The notes below the pieces were generated by a model, which ran no database searches, was not told where the DNA came from, and saw only the letters and a program-made list of their open reading frames with translations. Of a DNA stretch of 64,000 bases, positions 40,501 through 53,340 are shown one piece after another (the stretch's first letter is position 1; every line of letters starts with the position of its first letter). Where the stretch lies: the NCBI GenBank assembly GCA_951406725.2, contig OX597830.1, positions 63,178,001-63,242,000 of the forward strand. The letters are read 5' to 3'. The position numbers and the translations under genes were made by a program. Origin of the DNA: Octopus vulgaris. Lineage: Eukaryota.

Positions 40501-41456
40501 CCATCATACACACACATGCACACACGTACACACACACACATCTATTATGTAGACATTGGTTATGGCCAGTCAAAAAGTTACCATTAGTTTCATGTTTATT
40601 ATTGCTTTTAGCAATATATTATTCTTTATTGCCCACAAGGGGCTAAACATAGAGGGGACAAACAAGGACAGACAAAGGGATTAAGTCGATTACATGGCCC
40701 CCAGTGCATAACTAGTACTTCATTTATCGACCCCGAAAGGATGAAAGGCAAAGTCGATCTCGGCGGAATTTGAACTCAGAACGTAACAACAAACGAAATG
40801 CCACTAAGCATTTCGCCTGGTGTACTAACGTGTCTGCCAGCTCAGGCAACTCATGAGGCCTGCTGGTTGGAGGCACAGCACCTCTTTGCTAATGAAGGTA
40901 AAAATACAGTGCTTGTTTTTCACCATTCTGCTGACCAAGACTGTATTCTTGCTTCCATTAGCAAATTGATAACGTACCTCAATCCAGCAGGTTTCATGAG
41001 TTGTCTCTTTTGCTAAGAGCAATAAAAGATGTGAAACCAATGGTAACTTTTTACTGGCCATAACCAACAACTATATAATACACACACACACACACACACA
41101 CAGAAAATGACTGAGACCTTTGGCAACATGCTGTGCTTGAGTAGTAGATCCATCAACACAAGGGAAATCATGGATGCAGTAGATAGTGGTGCCACGCAAC
41201 TGGCACCTGTGCTGGTGGCATGTAAAAGCACCCATTACACTCACGGAGGGGTTGGCGTTAGGAAGGGCATCCGGCCGTAGAAACAATGTGAAATCAGACT
41301 AAAGTCTGGTGCAGTCACAACATGATTGAACAGCTACAGCAACATACAATGATCGGCTAACATCATCACAGCAACCACTATCATACCTGGTTCTAGAATA
41401 ATAAGCTTCGAACTATCTCTGGGTTTGTTGTTCATAGTAACAACATCTTGGTGTTT

Positions 41457-41822
41457 ATGAGCACCTTTTCAAACTCCGCCTGTCTAACACCTGTGGACAT
41501 GTTTACAAAGTCAGAAAACAGCACAGCTCCCATGACTTTCGGAAACATTTTTTCACGCTAAGAGTTGCTGAAGCATGGAACAAATTGCTGGCGTCAGTTG
41601 TTAGTTGTCGAAGCACTGCATCCTTCAAAACTTCCATGCTTCCTGAGATTCGCCAACACTACACCTGATTTTCTCCCCTCCATACACACGCAAGCATGTA
41701 TCTGACTCATACACTGTTCACTTTCCAGACATTTGTACATTACTGCACATGCTTTATATGCACTTTTGACAAGTTGTGGTGCACCCAAGCACTGTATACA
41801 ATAATTTCATTATTATTATTAT
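41457..41822 (+). mobile_element. CR1/L2 LINE 3' end with (ATT)n tail
   Basis: FRKHFFTLRVAEAWNKL motif, 3'UTR and tail; first ~35 bp match the end of the 37954 fragment; another 3'UTR piece at ~42655-42800. Confidence 0.8.
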
Positions 41823-43904
41823 GATAAAAATAAATATTTTTTAATAAAAAAATCTCTATTAGATTTCAGTGTTCTTTATTACAACAGGTCTATGATGGGC
41901 ATGTGAAATATGTGGTTCACAGGCTGCATGCGACTTTTTTCAAACACAGGTAAGGCCCATGAGTGGAATAGCTGGAGGTTTAAAAATGGGGAACCCCCAC
42001 CCCAAATTTTTAATAATAAAAATAGGATTATTGATGAGCAAATAAAAGGTTTTAAAAGATTTTTGCCTAATAACAAAGAATTGATATGACAGAAATCTTT
42101 GTTGTAAACGTGTTGAAAAATATGTGGTCCCATGACAACATGTATGTGAGCAATGTGACCCACAGACACTCAGCAGTTTGACAATCTACATCTTCTATAA
42201 TGTTTAGTAGTTATTGTATACCCCTTAGTTGACCACCCTAGTTGTTTAGCCCTTGGTCAAGCTCAGTTGAGTAGACTTGTCCTTTAGCCCTTGTCAACCA
42301 TGACTAAACAGACCCACAATGAAAGCAGTATTTCAACTGTGAGCATCTTTTCAGATGCAGTGTATCAAATGTATTCTAATGTATCCTTCCATTTTTATAA
42401 AACAACATGTACGTGTTGAGAGGAATTTGACTGCTGTTTCTAGTATCTTGATGTAGAATGTTCTTAGTTGACCTATCTAGTAACCACTAATGATTCCATT
42501 CCAAAATCTTTCAGTCTCATGTTTTATCTAATCTCTTTAATGAATATTTTCTTATCAAAATTATTCCATTTGCAGCAGATCAAAATGCTTTATATTCTGT
42601 TGCTATAAAGGGATTCTGGCCATCATCTTCATCATCATCATCATTGTCCCCCTTCCATACTCATACACATATGTGTATGTCATGACTCATGCACTGTTCT
42701 TTTCCTGACGCTTGTACATTACCCTATGTACTATACATACACTTTAGATGAGTTGTAGTGCACCTGAGCACTGTACACAATGTTTTATTATTATTATTAT
42801 TTATTATCACCATTGCCGTTGTCATTACCATTGTGGCACCCCCATCATCATCATTAGTAGTAACATCTTCCTCCTCCTCCACGCTATTCTCGTTGGCGTC
42901 ATCTTCACCATCATCACCACCACCACCACTATTACCAACCTCCTCCTCCTCATCATCATCCTTGTCATCATCATCATCGTCGTCATCATCGTCACCATTA
43001 TCGCAACCACCATCATCATTGCAATCTTAACCATAATTAGCCTCCTTCTCCTCTCCATCGTCATAATATTCATTTTTCTTACCTGGAATGTCCATGGTAC
43101 ATTACATCCCCCTCACACCCCTCCTTCCCAGAGCACCTCGTCCGTCCAGGTTCCAAAATTCTCACGTGGCAAATTTAACCTTTTATTCCAATGACTTCTT
43201 AGACCCTTCCCCTATTCCAGACCCCATCTACTTTCCTTACAAACAATTTTTACCTCCAAACAAAGTTACTTGATGAGAGAACCAAAAGTGTTCCCGTATT
43301 AATGGGAGGTAATCACGGCTAGTCAGGTGATACCATAATTATCTCCCTTGCAGCTAATTTGTACCAACCAAACGAATCAATCAATCTAGCAGTTCTCTAG
43401 CGGATTATCGATGGCTTTTCTTGTCTGTCTGTCTCGTAACGATTAATGAATTGATTTATTGATTGTTATAGAATTCAATTAATCCTTTATAGATATATTT
43501 GTATATCTATAATATATACAATATTTTCGTTATATATGCGTATATGCTTATCAATTCCTATAAAGAATAAATATATATATATATATATATATATATTTCT
43601 TTACTACCCACAAGGGGCTAAACAAAGAGGGGACAAACAAGGACAGACAAACGGATTAAGTCGATCTTATCGACCCCAGTGCGTAACTGGTACTTCTTTA
43701 ATCAACCCCCGAAAGGATGAAAGGCAAAGTCGACCTCGGCCTTTCATCCTTTCGGGGTCAATTAAATAAGTACCAGTTACGCACTGGGTCGATAAGATCA
43801 ACTTAATCCGTTGTCTATATTTACCCAACAGACACACCTACATACACACATACATACACACACATACACATACACTCATATATAAATGTCAGTATGTATG
43901 TGTG

Positions 43905-43962
<58 letters not shown>

Positions 43963-44357
43963 AAGTAAGTTAGGGGTTGTGGATCCAACGTGCTAAGGGA
44001 TAATACTTAACCAATATACTGTTGATATAATACCCAAATTATTAACACACAAGTGTTTTTAATTGCAATGCAATAAACTCACTTATTGTATTAAATGGGT
44101 GAAGGTAAAGAAATATTTTACCATTAATTTATATTACAAATAAGAAAATGGAGAAACACATTAGTTGCCAAACTACAACCATAATAACATACATATATAC
44201 AGTATAAAATTCAATACATTTAAGATAAGAATGCAAGTAATTATTTTAAAAAAATAATATAAATTGTTAGAATCATTAAATTTCTTTAAAATTTCCACCA
44301 GATTCTATGGATAAATTCGTTAATCCTAAATGTTAATTCCTTAATGTAAGTGTTCTT

Positions 44358-44699
44358 GTGAAGGTGCATGGCTCAGTGGTTAGAGCATCAAGCTTACGGT
44401 TGTGAGGTTGTAAGCTCGAATCCCCGACCGGGCTGTGTGTTGTGTTCTTGAGCAAGACACTTTATTTCACGTTGCTCCAGTTCACTCAGCTGTAGAAATG
44501 AGTTGCGACATCGCAGGTACCAAGCTGTATCAGCCCCTTTGCCTTTCCCTTGGATAACGATGATGGCGTGGAGAGGGGAGGCCGGTATGCATGGGCGACT
44601 GCTGGTCTTCCATAAAAAACAACCTTGCCCAGACTTGTGCCTCAGAGGGTAACTCTCTAGGTGCAATCCCATGGTCAGTGTCTGACCGAAGGGGGTCAC
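44358..44699 (+). mobile_element. tRNA-derived SINE family 3 with 15-bp TSD
   Basis: Head tggctcagtggttagagc...ctcgaatccc; TSD aatgtaagtgttctt at 44343-44357 and 44700-44714; copies at 37243, 46666, 60342, 62578. Confidence 0.9.
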
Positions 44700-44704
44700 A
44701 ATGT

Positions 44705-44921
44705 AAGTGTTCTTAGTTGGTATTGGCATATCCTTTAGCGATGAACCCATCCATATTATCTCCGGTTTTCCAACAGTATTCATTTTGAGGGACTATCATA
44801 CTATACTTACATGTACTCACTTTTACCAGCAAGTCCCTCAAAATGAATACTGTTGGAAAAATGGAGATAAATAGGATGGATTCATCACTAAAGGATATAT
44901 CAATGCCAACTAAGGACACTT
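44705..44921. repeat. Foldback element, ~90-bp inverted arms
   Basis: 44705-44794 vs 44832-44921, e.g. ccaacagtattcattttgagggact / agtccctcaaaatgaatactgttgg. Confidence 0.85.
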
Positions 44922-45369
44922 GAACAGGCTTTAAACAGCATACTACAAGGTGTATACTTGAATATGAAGCTATCACTGTATTAGCTTGCTTTCCAACCAC
45001 ATGGTTCCGGGTTCAGTCCCACTGCGTGACACCTTGGGCAAGTGTCTTCTACTATAACCTTGGGCTGACCAGAGCTTTATGAGTGGATTTGGTAGACAGA
45101 AACTGAAAGAAGCCCATCGTACATATATATACATATGTAAGTGTGTATGTACTTGTGTGTATGTATATATTTGTGTGTCAGGGTTTGTCGCCCCATAATC
45201 GCTTGATAACTGATGTTGGTGTGTTTATGTCCCTGTAACTTAACAGTTTGGCAAAAGAGACTGATAGAATAAGTACTAGGCTTACAAAAAATAAGTCCTG
45301 GGGTTGATTTGTCCAACTAAAAGGCAGTGCTCCAGCATGGCCACAGTCAAATGACTGAAACAAATGAAG

Positions 45370-45409
<40 letters not shown>

Positions 45410-45543
45410 GTAAAGGTAATAAACCTCATTAAAGGATCATAAATCATATTTTACAATTTATAAATAATTTTATTAATTACCTCTCCATTCTCTCCTTATG
45501 TTATATATATATAAAGATACATAAATAATCTATTCTCAAACGT

Positions 45544-45670
45544 ATGATAATGCTAATACAATAGCATGAACAGGATAAACTATCCATATATTGCAGGAAA
45601 AAACCGGTTTTTTTTTCCTGCAATATATGGATAGTTTATCCTCTTCATGCTATTATATTAATATCATCAT
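45544..45670. repeat. Spacer-free palindrome (~63-bp arms)
   Basis: Axis aacc|ggtt at 45605/45606. Confidence 0.9.
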
Positions 45671-45749
45671 GTGTTGGAGAATAAATTATTTCTGTATCTC
45701 AATCTCAATGCTTCTAAAGCAAACCTTGTTTGTTCACTTCCATCTTAAG

Positions 45750-45793
<44 letters not shown>

Positions 45794-46199
45794 TATATAT
45801 TATATATATATATTATAAGATTGTAAATAAAATGTGAAAATCAGTTGTTTTCGATTAAGTAAAGTCGTTTTCAAAAATAATATATGGAAAAATAAAAATC
45901 AAGTCAATTCATTTTACTTGACTTTACATCTGTCCGCCACAAATATTGGAATCGTAAAATCACTAGAAAACCTTTAAAAGCACATAAAATCATGCTACGT
46001 AAGGCTAGAGATGGGAGCGATGACCCCCTCTTGCAAATACTCACTAGACACAGAATGTGTGTCATTAGCCAGTCGGATGTGATGTCTTCCTGAGGTTACA
46101 AACATCAGTAGCACAGTCCTGTGTAGGATGCCACAGTTGGTTGGCAATTATATGTTAAGATTCCGTATTGCTACTGTTTATATCTCACTCAGAGATTTA

Positions 46200-46241
<42 letters not shown>

Positions 46242-46429
46242 CACATTATGATGAAAACCGGTTTGAATTAATATATATTTATATATTTTATCAATTTTTC
46301 AAAAAAACTTTTTCCATACACCCATTTACATTAAAATTTTCTTTCAATTTAGCATTCTGCATTTTTACAATTTTTCCTTGCTTATCATTTCTCCACGTGC
46401 GGTCAACACAACCCTACCATTTATTGATC

Positions 46430-46667
<238 letters not shown>

Positions 46668-47116
46668 GAAGGCGTATGTCTTAGTGGTTAGAGCACTGAG
46701 CTTATGATCGTGAGGCTGTGAATTTGAATCCCTGACTGACTGTGTGTTGAGCAAGGCACTTTATTTCACGTTGCTCCAGTTCACTCACCTGTAGAAATGA
46801 GTTGCGATGTCACAGGTGCCAAGCTGTATCGGCCTTTGCCTTGTATAACACTGGTGGCATAGAGAGGGGAGGTCAGTATGCATGGGCGACTGCTGGTCTT
46901 CCATAAACGACCTTGCCCAGACTTGTGCCTGGGAGGGTAACTTTCTAGGTGCAATCCCATGGTCAGTCATGACCCAAGGGGGTCTTGGCAGATATGTATA
47001 TATGTATGTATATGTATATAGTGGTGATTTTTCTAAATAATACAAGTTTTACTGATGTTGACCACCACCAGTATAACTGGATCTTATTTTAGACATAAAC
47101 ATACATGCACAAATAA

Positions 47117-47231
47117 GTGGAGGTAAAGAATATGCACACCACCCATTTTTGGCGGAACCCTAACCCTAAATCTAGCTCTAACCCTAACCCCAAACCCCGA
47201 AACAGGTGGTGTGCATATTCTTTACTTTCAC
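47117..47231. mobile_element. Small MITE with internal degenerate (CCCTAA)n
   Basis: Perfect 21-bp inverted core gtaaagaatatgcacaccacc; internal aaccctaaccctaa...taaccctaacccc. Confidence 0.75.
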
Positions 47232-47559
47232 CCAAAAATATATAAAAGATATAATATATTATTATATATTTTGCTGTGTCTAGAGAGTGTCAGTATGTCA
47301 AGATTGTTCACATTGAGACTGTTGCAAGCAGCAATGAAAGGGTTTTGACAAGCAAAAACAAAACAAAGAAAGCAAATTAAACAAACAATCGATCGGTTCG
47401 TTGGATATTTAACCAACTGATTAATAATAAAGAAGTGGAATTGAACCAGTGTGTGTGTTAATAATATTGGCGTAATGACCCTCCTTCAACATAACAACAT
47501 TTGTTTCAACACACAAATTCACATAAAGAATCCTGGAAGCCAGGTACAAAAATGAAATA

Positions 47560-49263
47560 TATTACTCACTTACTTACTTACTTACCTATCTTGCTTGCTT
47601 GCTGGATGGCGTGCTTACTTGCTTGCTTGTTTACTTGCTTGCTTCCTTGCTTGCTTACTTGCTTACTTATTTACTTGCTTGCTTACTTGCTTACTTACTT
47701 ACATGCTTACTTGCTTGCTTACTTATTTACTTGTTTACTTGCTTACTTGCTTACTTACTTACTTCCTTACTTGCTTGCTTGCTTGCTTACTTACTAGCTT
47801 ACTTACTTGTTTACTTACTTCCTTACTTACTTGTTTACTTGCTTACTTGCTTACTTGCTTGCTTACTTACTTCCTTACTTGCTTGCTTGCTTACTTACTA
47901 GCTTACTTACTTGTTTACTTACTTCCTTACTTACTTGCTTACTTGCTTGCTTATTTAGTTGCTTACTTGCTTACTTACTTACTTGCTTACTTGCTTACTT
48001 ACTTGCTTACTTACTTGCTTACTTACTTCCTTACTTACTTCCTTACTTGCTTACTTACTTACTTAATTACTACGTAAGCAAGCAAGTGAGTGAGTGAGTG
48101 AGTGAGTAAGTAAGCAAGCAAGTAAGTAAGCAAGCAAATAAGTAAGTAAGTAAGTAAGCAAACAAGTAAGTAAGCAAGCAAGCAAGTAAGTAAGTAAGTA
48201 AGGAAGGAAGGAAGGAAATAAGCAAGTAAGTAAGCAAGCATATAAGCAAGCAAGTAAGCAAGGAAGCAAGCAAGGTAGGTAAGTAAGTAAGTAAGTAAGC
48301 AAGTAAGCAAGCAAGGAAGTAAGCAAGTAAGTAAGCAAGTAAGTAAGTATGTAAGCAAGTAAGTAAGCAAGTAAGTAAGTAAGCAAGTAAGTAAACAAGC
48401 AAGCAAGTAAGCAAGTAAGTAAATAAGCAAGTAAGCAAGCAAGTAAGTAAGCAAGTAAGTAAGTAAGTATGTAAGCAAGCAAGCAAAGCAAGCAAGCAAG
48501 CAAGCAATCAAGTAAGTAAGTAAATAAGTAAGCAAGCAAGCAAGTAAGTAAGTAAGTATGTAAGCAAGCAAGAAAGCAAGCAAGCAAGTAAGTAAGTAAG
48601 CAAGCAAACAAACAAGCAAGCAAGCAAATAAGTAAGCAAGCAAGCAAGCAAGTAAGCAAGTAAGTAAGCAAGTAAGGAATTAAGTAAACAAGCAAGTAAG
48701 TAAGCAAGTAAGCAAGCAAGCAAACAAGCAAGCAAGTAAGTAAGCAAGTAAGTAAGTAAGTAAGTAAGCAAGCAAGTAAACAAGCAAGCAATCAATCAAG
48801 CAAGCAAGCAAGCATCTATCCATCCATCCGTCTGTCCGTCCGTCTGTCCATCCATCCATCAATCCGTCCATCCATCTGTCCGTCCATCCATCCATCCATA
48901 CATTCATCCATCCATTCGTCCATCCGTCCATCCCTCCGTCCGTCCATCCATCCATCCATCCGTCCGTCCTTGCGTCCATCCGTCCGTCCATCCATCCATC
49001 CATCTATCCACCCACCCATCCATCCAGCCACCCACCCATCCATCCATCCATCCACCCACCCATCTGCCCATCCATCCATCTATTCATCCATCCGTCCGTC
49101 CGTCTGTCCGTCCGTCTGTCCATCCATCTATCCGTCAATCCATCCACCCACCCTTCCATCCATCCATCCACCCACCCACCCATCCATCCGTCCATCCATC
49201 CATCCATCCGTCCATCCATCCATCCATCAACCCACCCACCCATCCACCAATCCACCCAGCCAC

Positions 49264-49295
<32 letters not shown>

Positions 49296-49445
49296 CCATC
49301 CACCCATCCATCCATCCACCCATCCACCCATCCATCCAACCATCCATCCATCCATCTATCCATCCACCCACCCACCCATCTATCCATCCATCCGTCCATC
49401 CATCCACCCATCCGTCTATCCATCCACCCACCCATCCGTCCATCC
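47560..49445. repeat. Compound tetranucleotide satellite
   Basis: (ACTT/GCTT)n 47560-48064, (AAGT/AAGC)n 48075-48812, (CATC/CACC/CGTC)n 48813-49445. Confidence 0.97.
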
Positions 49446-49614
49446 GGCTGCCAACACTTTTTTCTGCAAAATAGGAGTAGCTTATCCTGTTCCGGCTATA
49501 TTATTAGCATTATCCTGCGTTTGACAATTTAAAATCATTTCTTTAACTTTCTAAGACATCTCAACGCTTCTAAAAGCAAACTTCGTTTGTTTGTTTAAGT
49601 TCATTGTAATTTGA

Positions 49615-49657
<43 letters not shown>

Positions 49658-49727
49658 TGAGTAAGCACATGAATGTGAAACAAAGTGGAAAAAAGAGTAC
49701 TCAAATACCAATTGTAGAGTAATATGG

Positions 49728-49899
49728 TTTATTTAAAAGCAGCAGAAATAAAGCAAAAGCTGTTACTCAGAGTCTCACGTTCCTGTTCATTGGACAGTTT
49801 AGTTAAAAAAAAAATTCTTTTAATAAAACTGTCCAACAAGGCGGGAACATGAAACTCTGAGTAACAGCTTTTGTTTTATTTCTGCTGCTTTTAAATAAA
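49728..49899. repeat. Inverted repeat, each arm with a decayed hammerhead-like motif
   Basis: Arms 49728-49800 and 49826-49899; inferred consensus ctgt-CCGACGA-acgggaacgt-GAAA-ctctgag-TA-acag. Confidence 0.75.
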
Positions 49900-49991
49900 G
49901 TATATATATATAAAAAGAAAAGAAAATGTTACAGAGATGTACTTGCATAGCAAGTGACCTGGTCTGAGAGTGTGTGCTGGAATGAAAACAA

Positions 49992-50280
49992 TTGCAGCAT
50001 GGAAGGTGTTTATAAGCGATTAAAGAAACACACAAAACCCGTTAGATTCACTTTAACATTTAAATTTAATTTGCCAAAATATTTTCCTCGCTTTGAGACT
50101 GCAGCCAAAATATTAATTTGAATTTGCCAAAAATATTTTCGTCACTTTGAGACCTCGACCTGTTCACTGACAAAATTCCGTGCTGCACAGAATTCTGGCA
50201 AATTAAATTTAAACGTTAAAGTGAATCTAACGGTTTTTGTGTATTTCTTAAATGGCTTATAAACACCTTCAATACTGCAA
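49992..50280. repeat. Foldback element with internal variant hammerhead-like motif
   Basis: ~85-bp inverted arms (ttgcagcatggaaggtgtttataagc.../...gcttataaacaccttcaatactgcaa); internal minus-strand GTGAACA...GAAA motif at 50121-50177. Confidence 0.75.
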
Positions 50281-50599
50281 AAAGAAAGTGGAGAAATTGA
50301 TATGCCGTCTACAATTTATTGAAGCAAATCTAATTTTGAACAATATCAAACTCATACATCCTACAATCATTTCCAAACCCAGTTAATTTGAATTAGAAAA
50401 ATTAAATTAGATATTCATATTGAATATAGTTAATTGAACATTTCGTCAGGGTCAGAACTTGATAGGAAAAGGAAGTACATCCCAATGTCTTGTTATGTCA
50501 TTGGTAAATTCAACATTAAATTCAGATATGTGCGTTAATGCATTCTAATTTGACAGAAACCATTACTTGCGTATATGTGTGTGTTTGTCTCTGCTTATT

Positions 50600-50890
50600 T
50601 CTGTGTTCCTTTCTGTTGAAGAGCATAGACTCAAAACATAAAAGACTTTCTCACTTCCCGAGTGTAAAACTAATACATCCGATTGTTGTTTACACACCCA
50701 TCTTCATCTTTTGTTTTGTTGTTTTGTAAATTCCCACTATATATATATATAACGGGAAGGTTTACGAAAATAAACAAAAGATGAAGGCGGGTGGAGTACA
50801 AACAAACAGTGTATTAGTATGGCGCTCAGGAATAGAAATAAAACAAGTCTTTTACGTTTCGAGCCTACGCTCTTCGACAGAAAAATACAC
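50600..50890. repeat. Tail-to-tail pair of pLTR-like elements around (TA)n, each with a hammerhead-like motif
   Basis: Plus copy ctgttgaagagcatagactcaaaacataaaaga; minus copy ctgtcgaagagcgtaggctcgaaacgtaaaaga; similarity extends toward the central TA run. Confidence 0.7.
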
Positions 50891-51351
50891 AGAAAAGAAA
50901 CAAGGAGAGAAAAAAATTGCGTGTAGGGGCTAATGATCCAACATGTATGTATGTGAGTACGTATATATATTATAATATATGTATGTGTCTATGTATAATA
51001 TTTATCATCATCATTATTTAACACACTTTTCCCCACGCTGGCATGGGCAACAGGAAGTGACAAACCTGTACTGAAGGGCTGTGCTAGGCTCTATTTGTCT
51101 GTTTTGGCAAGGTTTCTACAGTTGTGTGCCCTTCCTAATGCCAACCACTTTAAAGAGAGAGAGAGAGAGAGAGAGTACTAAGGTATTGGGTGATTTTCTT
51201 CCATGGCACCAACTCTGGTGAGGTCACCAGGTATTTGCAAGACAAAACCTTCTCAACAGAGAAAGAATTATAATAGAGAGGGATAAGGAAATTATGATAG
51301 AGAGAGGAGCAAGTGTCTTGCTGAAGAGGTGAATGCATGACTGCCTTATCA

Positions 51352-51514
<163 letters not shown>

Positions 51515-51600
51515 TGGATGTCAAGACCTCAGTCAAACCGTCCAACCCATGCCACATGGAAAACGGACGTTAAACAATGATGACAACGATGATGATGATA

Positions 51601-51842
51601 TGACAAATACCTACAATCCACTCTAAATTTGTCCTCTACTGAGGAGTGCAAAGCAATCTTCATTACAGAGCAAGAAATCTTAAGGTGATAATGATAATGA
51701 AATTATTGTGTGCTACAATAATTATTGCTCACCTGTACTACAATGCTCAGGTGCATTATAAGATACAAGATTATTCGAAATTTGTAAATCTTCCTTGTTA
51801 TAAATAAAGATCAAATTTAGAGTGGATTGTAGGTATTTGACA
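51601..51842. mobile_element. MITE-like element with ~30-bp terminal inverted repeats
   Basis: caaatacctacaatccactctaaatttg / caaatttagagtggattgtaggtatttg. Confidence 0.75.
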
Positions 51843-53062
51843 TCTACTTCTAGCATAGAGGCTCTGACATTCCACTGGTCTTTATTATGATTTTATCTTT
51901 AGAATAAAATACTTAGAAATTAATTTTACCAATGTATTTTTACACTTTTACATGTTTTAGTCATTTTGACTGTGGCCATGCTGGAGCACTGCCTTTTAGT
52001 TGAAGAATTTGACCCTTGGACTTATTCCTTTTAAGCTTGGTACCTATTCTATCGGTCTCTTTTGCTGAACTGCTAAGTTATAAGGTTGTAAACACACCAA
52101 GATCGGTTGTCAAGTGATGGTGAGGGACAAACACAGACACAAACACACACACACACATATACAACAAGCTTCTTTCAGTTTCCGTCTACCAAGTCCACTC
52201 TCAAGGCTTTGGTCAGCCTTAGGCTATAGTAGAAGAGACTTGTGCCAGGTGCCATGCAGTGGGACTGAACCCAGAACCTGCACCTACAGATATGGCCGTT
52301 TTTATATGCTGGCCCCTGATATAATAATGTTAATAATTATATCCCCAATTTATAAGTGTATATGTGCTGGTGGCATGTAACAAACACCATCCGATCGTGG
52401 CCGTTCGCCAGCCTCGTCTGGCACCTGTGTCGGTGGCACATAAAAAAGCACCCACTACACTCACGGAGTGGTTGGCATTAGGAAGGGCATCCAGCTGTAG
52501 AAACACCGCCAGATCTGACTGGCCTGGTACAGCCTTCGGGCTTCCCAGACCCCAGTTAAACCGTCCAACCGATGCTAGCATGGAAAGCGGACGTTAAACG
52601 ATGATGATGATGATATATATATATATATATTAGGTAGTGGGTAGCGATATTCTTCACTACTTCAGGGAGTGACGACCCTGCCTGACACCAGTCTTGGGCT
52701 CAGCTGGCTCTGGCTGACAGTACCCAGTATGGGCCCCTATCCAGGGTTACGGAAAGGAGACAACCTTCAAAGAAATCCAGAGTGGAGCCCCTTAGCCGGT
52801 TTAGTGTTTGATTCAACACTCATCCGGCAGCTCTTGCAACCAAGCTGGTGTCAAACATAATGCTCTGCACTCCTTTGGATTCTGTCAGCAAGGTTGAGAG
52901 AGGAATCCTGATAATTAGGCTACCCAGGATTTTCTTACATGGCCCAGGCCTTCGCAAAACTGGAGGGGTAACTGGAGAGGACATGAAATGTAAAAACAGA
53001 CTGGATTTGTTTATGCACAACTCCATTGTCTCCTGAGACAAAAGGATGCCAACAACACACAC

Positions 53063-53100
<38 letters not shown>

Positions 53101-53340
53101 GGGGTTGCTAGTGTTCCCATGTTCTGACTTTGAATGAGAAACGTAAATAAGCATTACCGTTATAGAAGTGGTGTCTTCCATTTCCAGTCCTCTGTAAAAG
53201 CATGGGAGAATGTTACCTTGCTTGGGGAAACAAATGTGGGCTGCCAACAAGAAGTGCAACCATCCATAGAAAATCTGCCTCAATAAATTCAATCTGACCC
53301 ATACAAGCATGGAAAAGTGAACATTAAAACTATGACAGAA

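Noticed and set aside
44358-44440. tRNA-like sequence
   Set aside because: SINE head with A/B boxes but no complete cloverleaf; continues into the SINE body
47501-49524. Many overlapping LLAY/MDGW/PSIH ORFs
   Set aside because: Translations of tetranucleotide satellites
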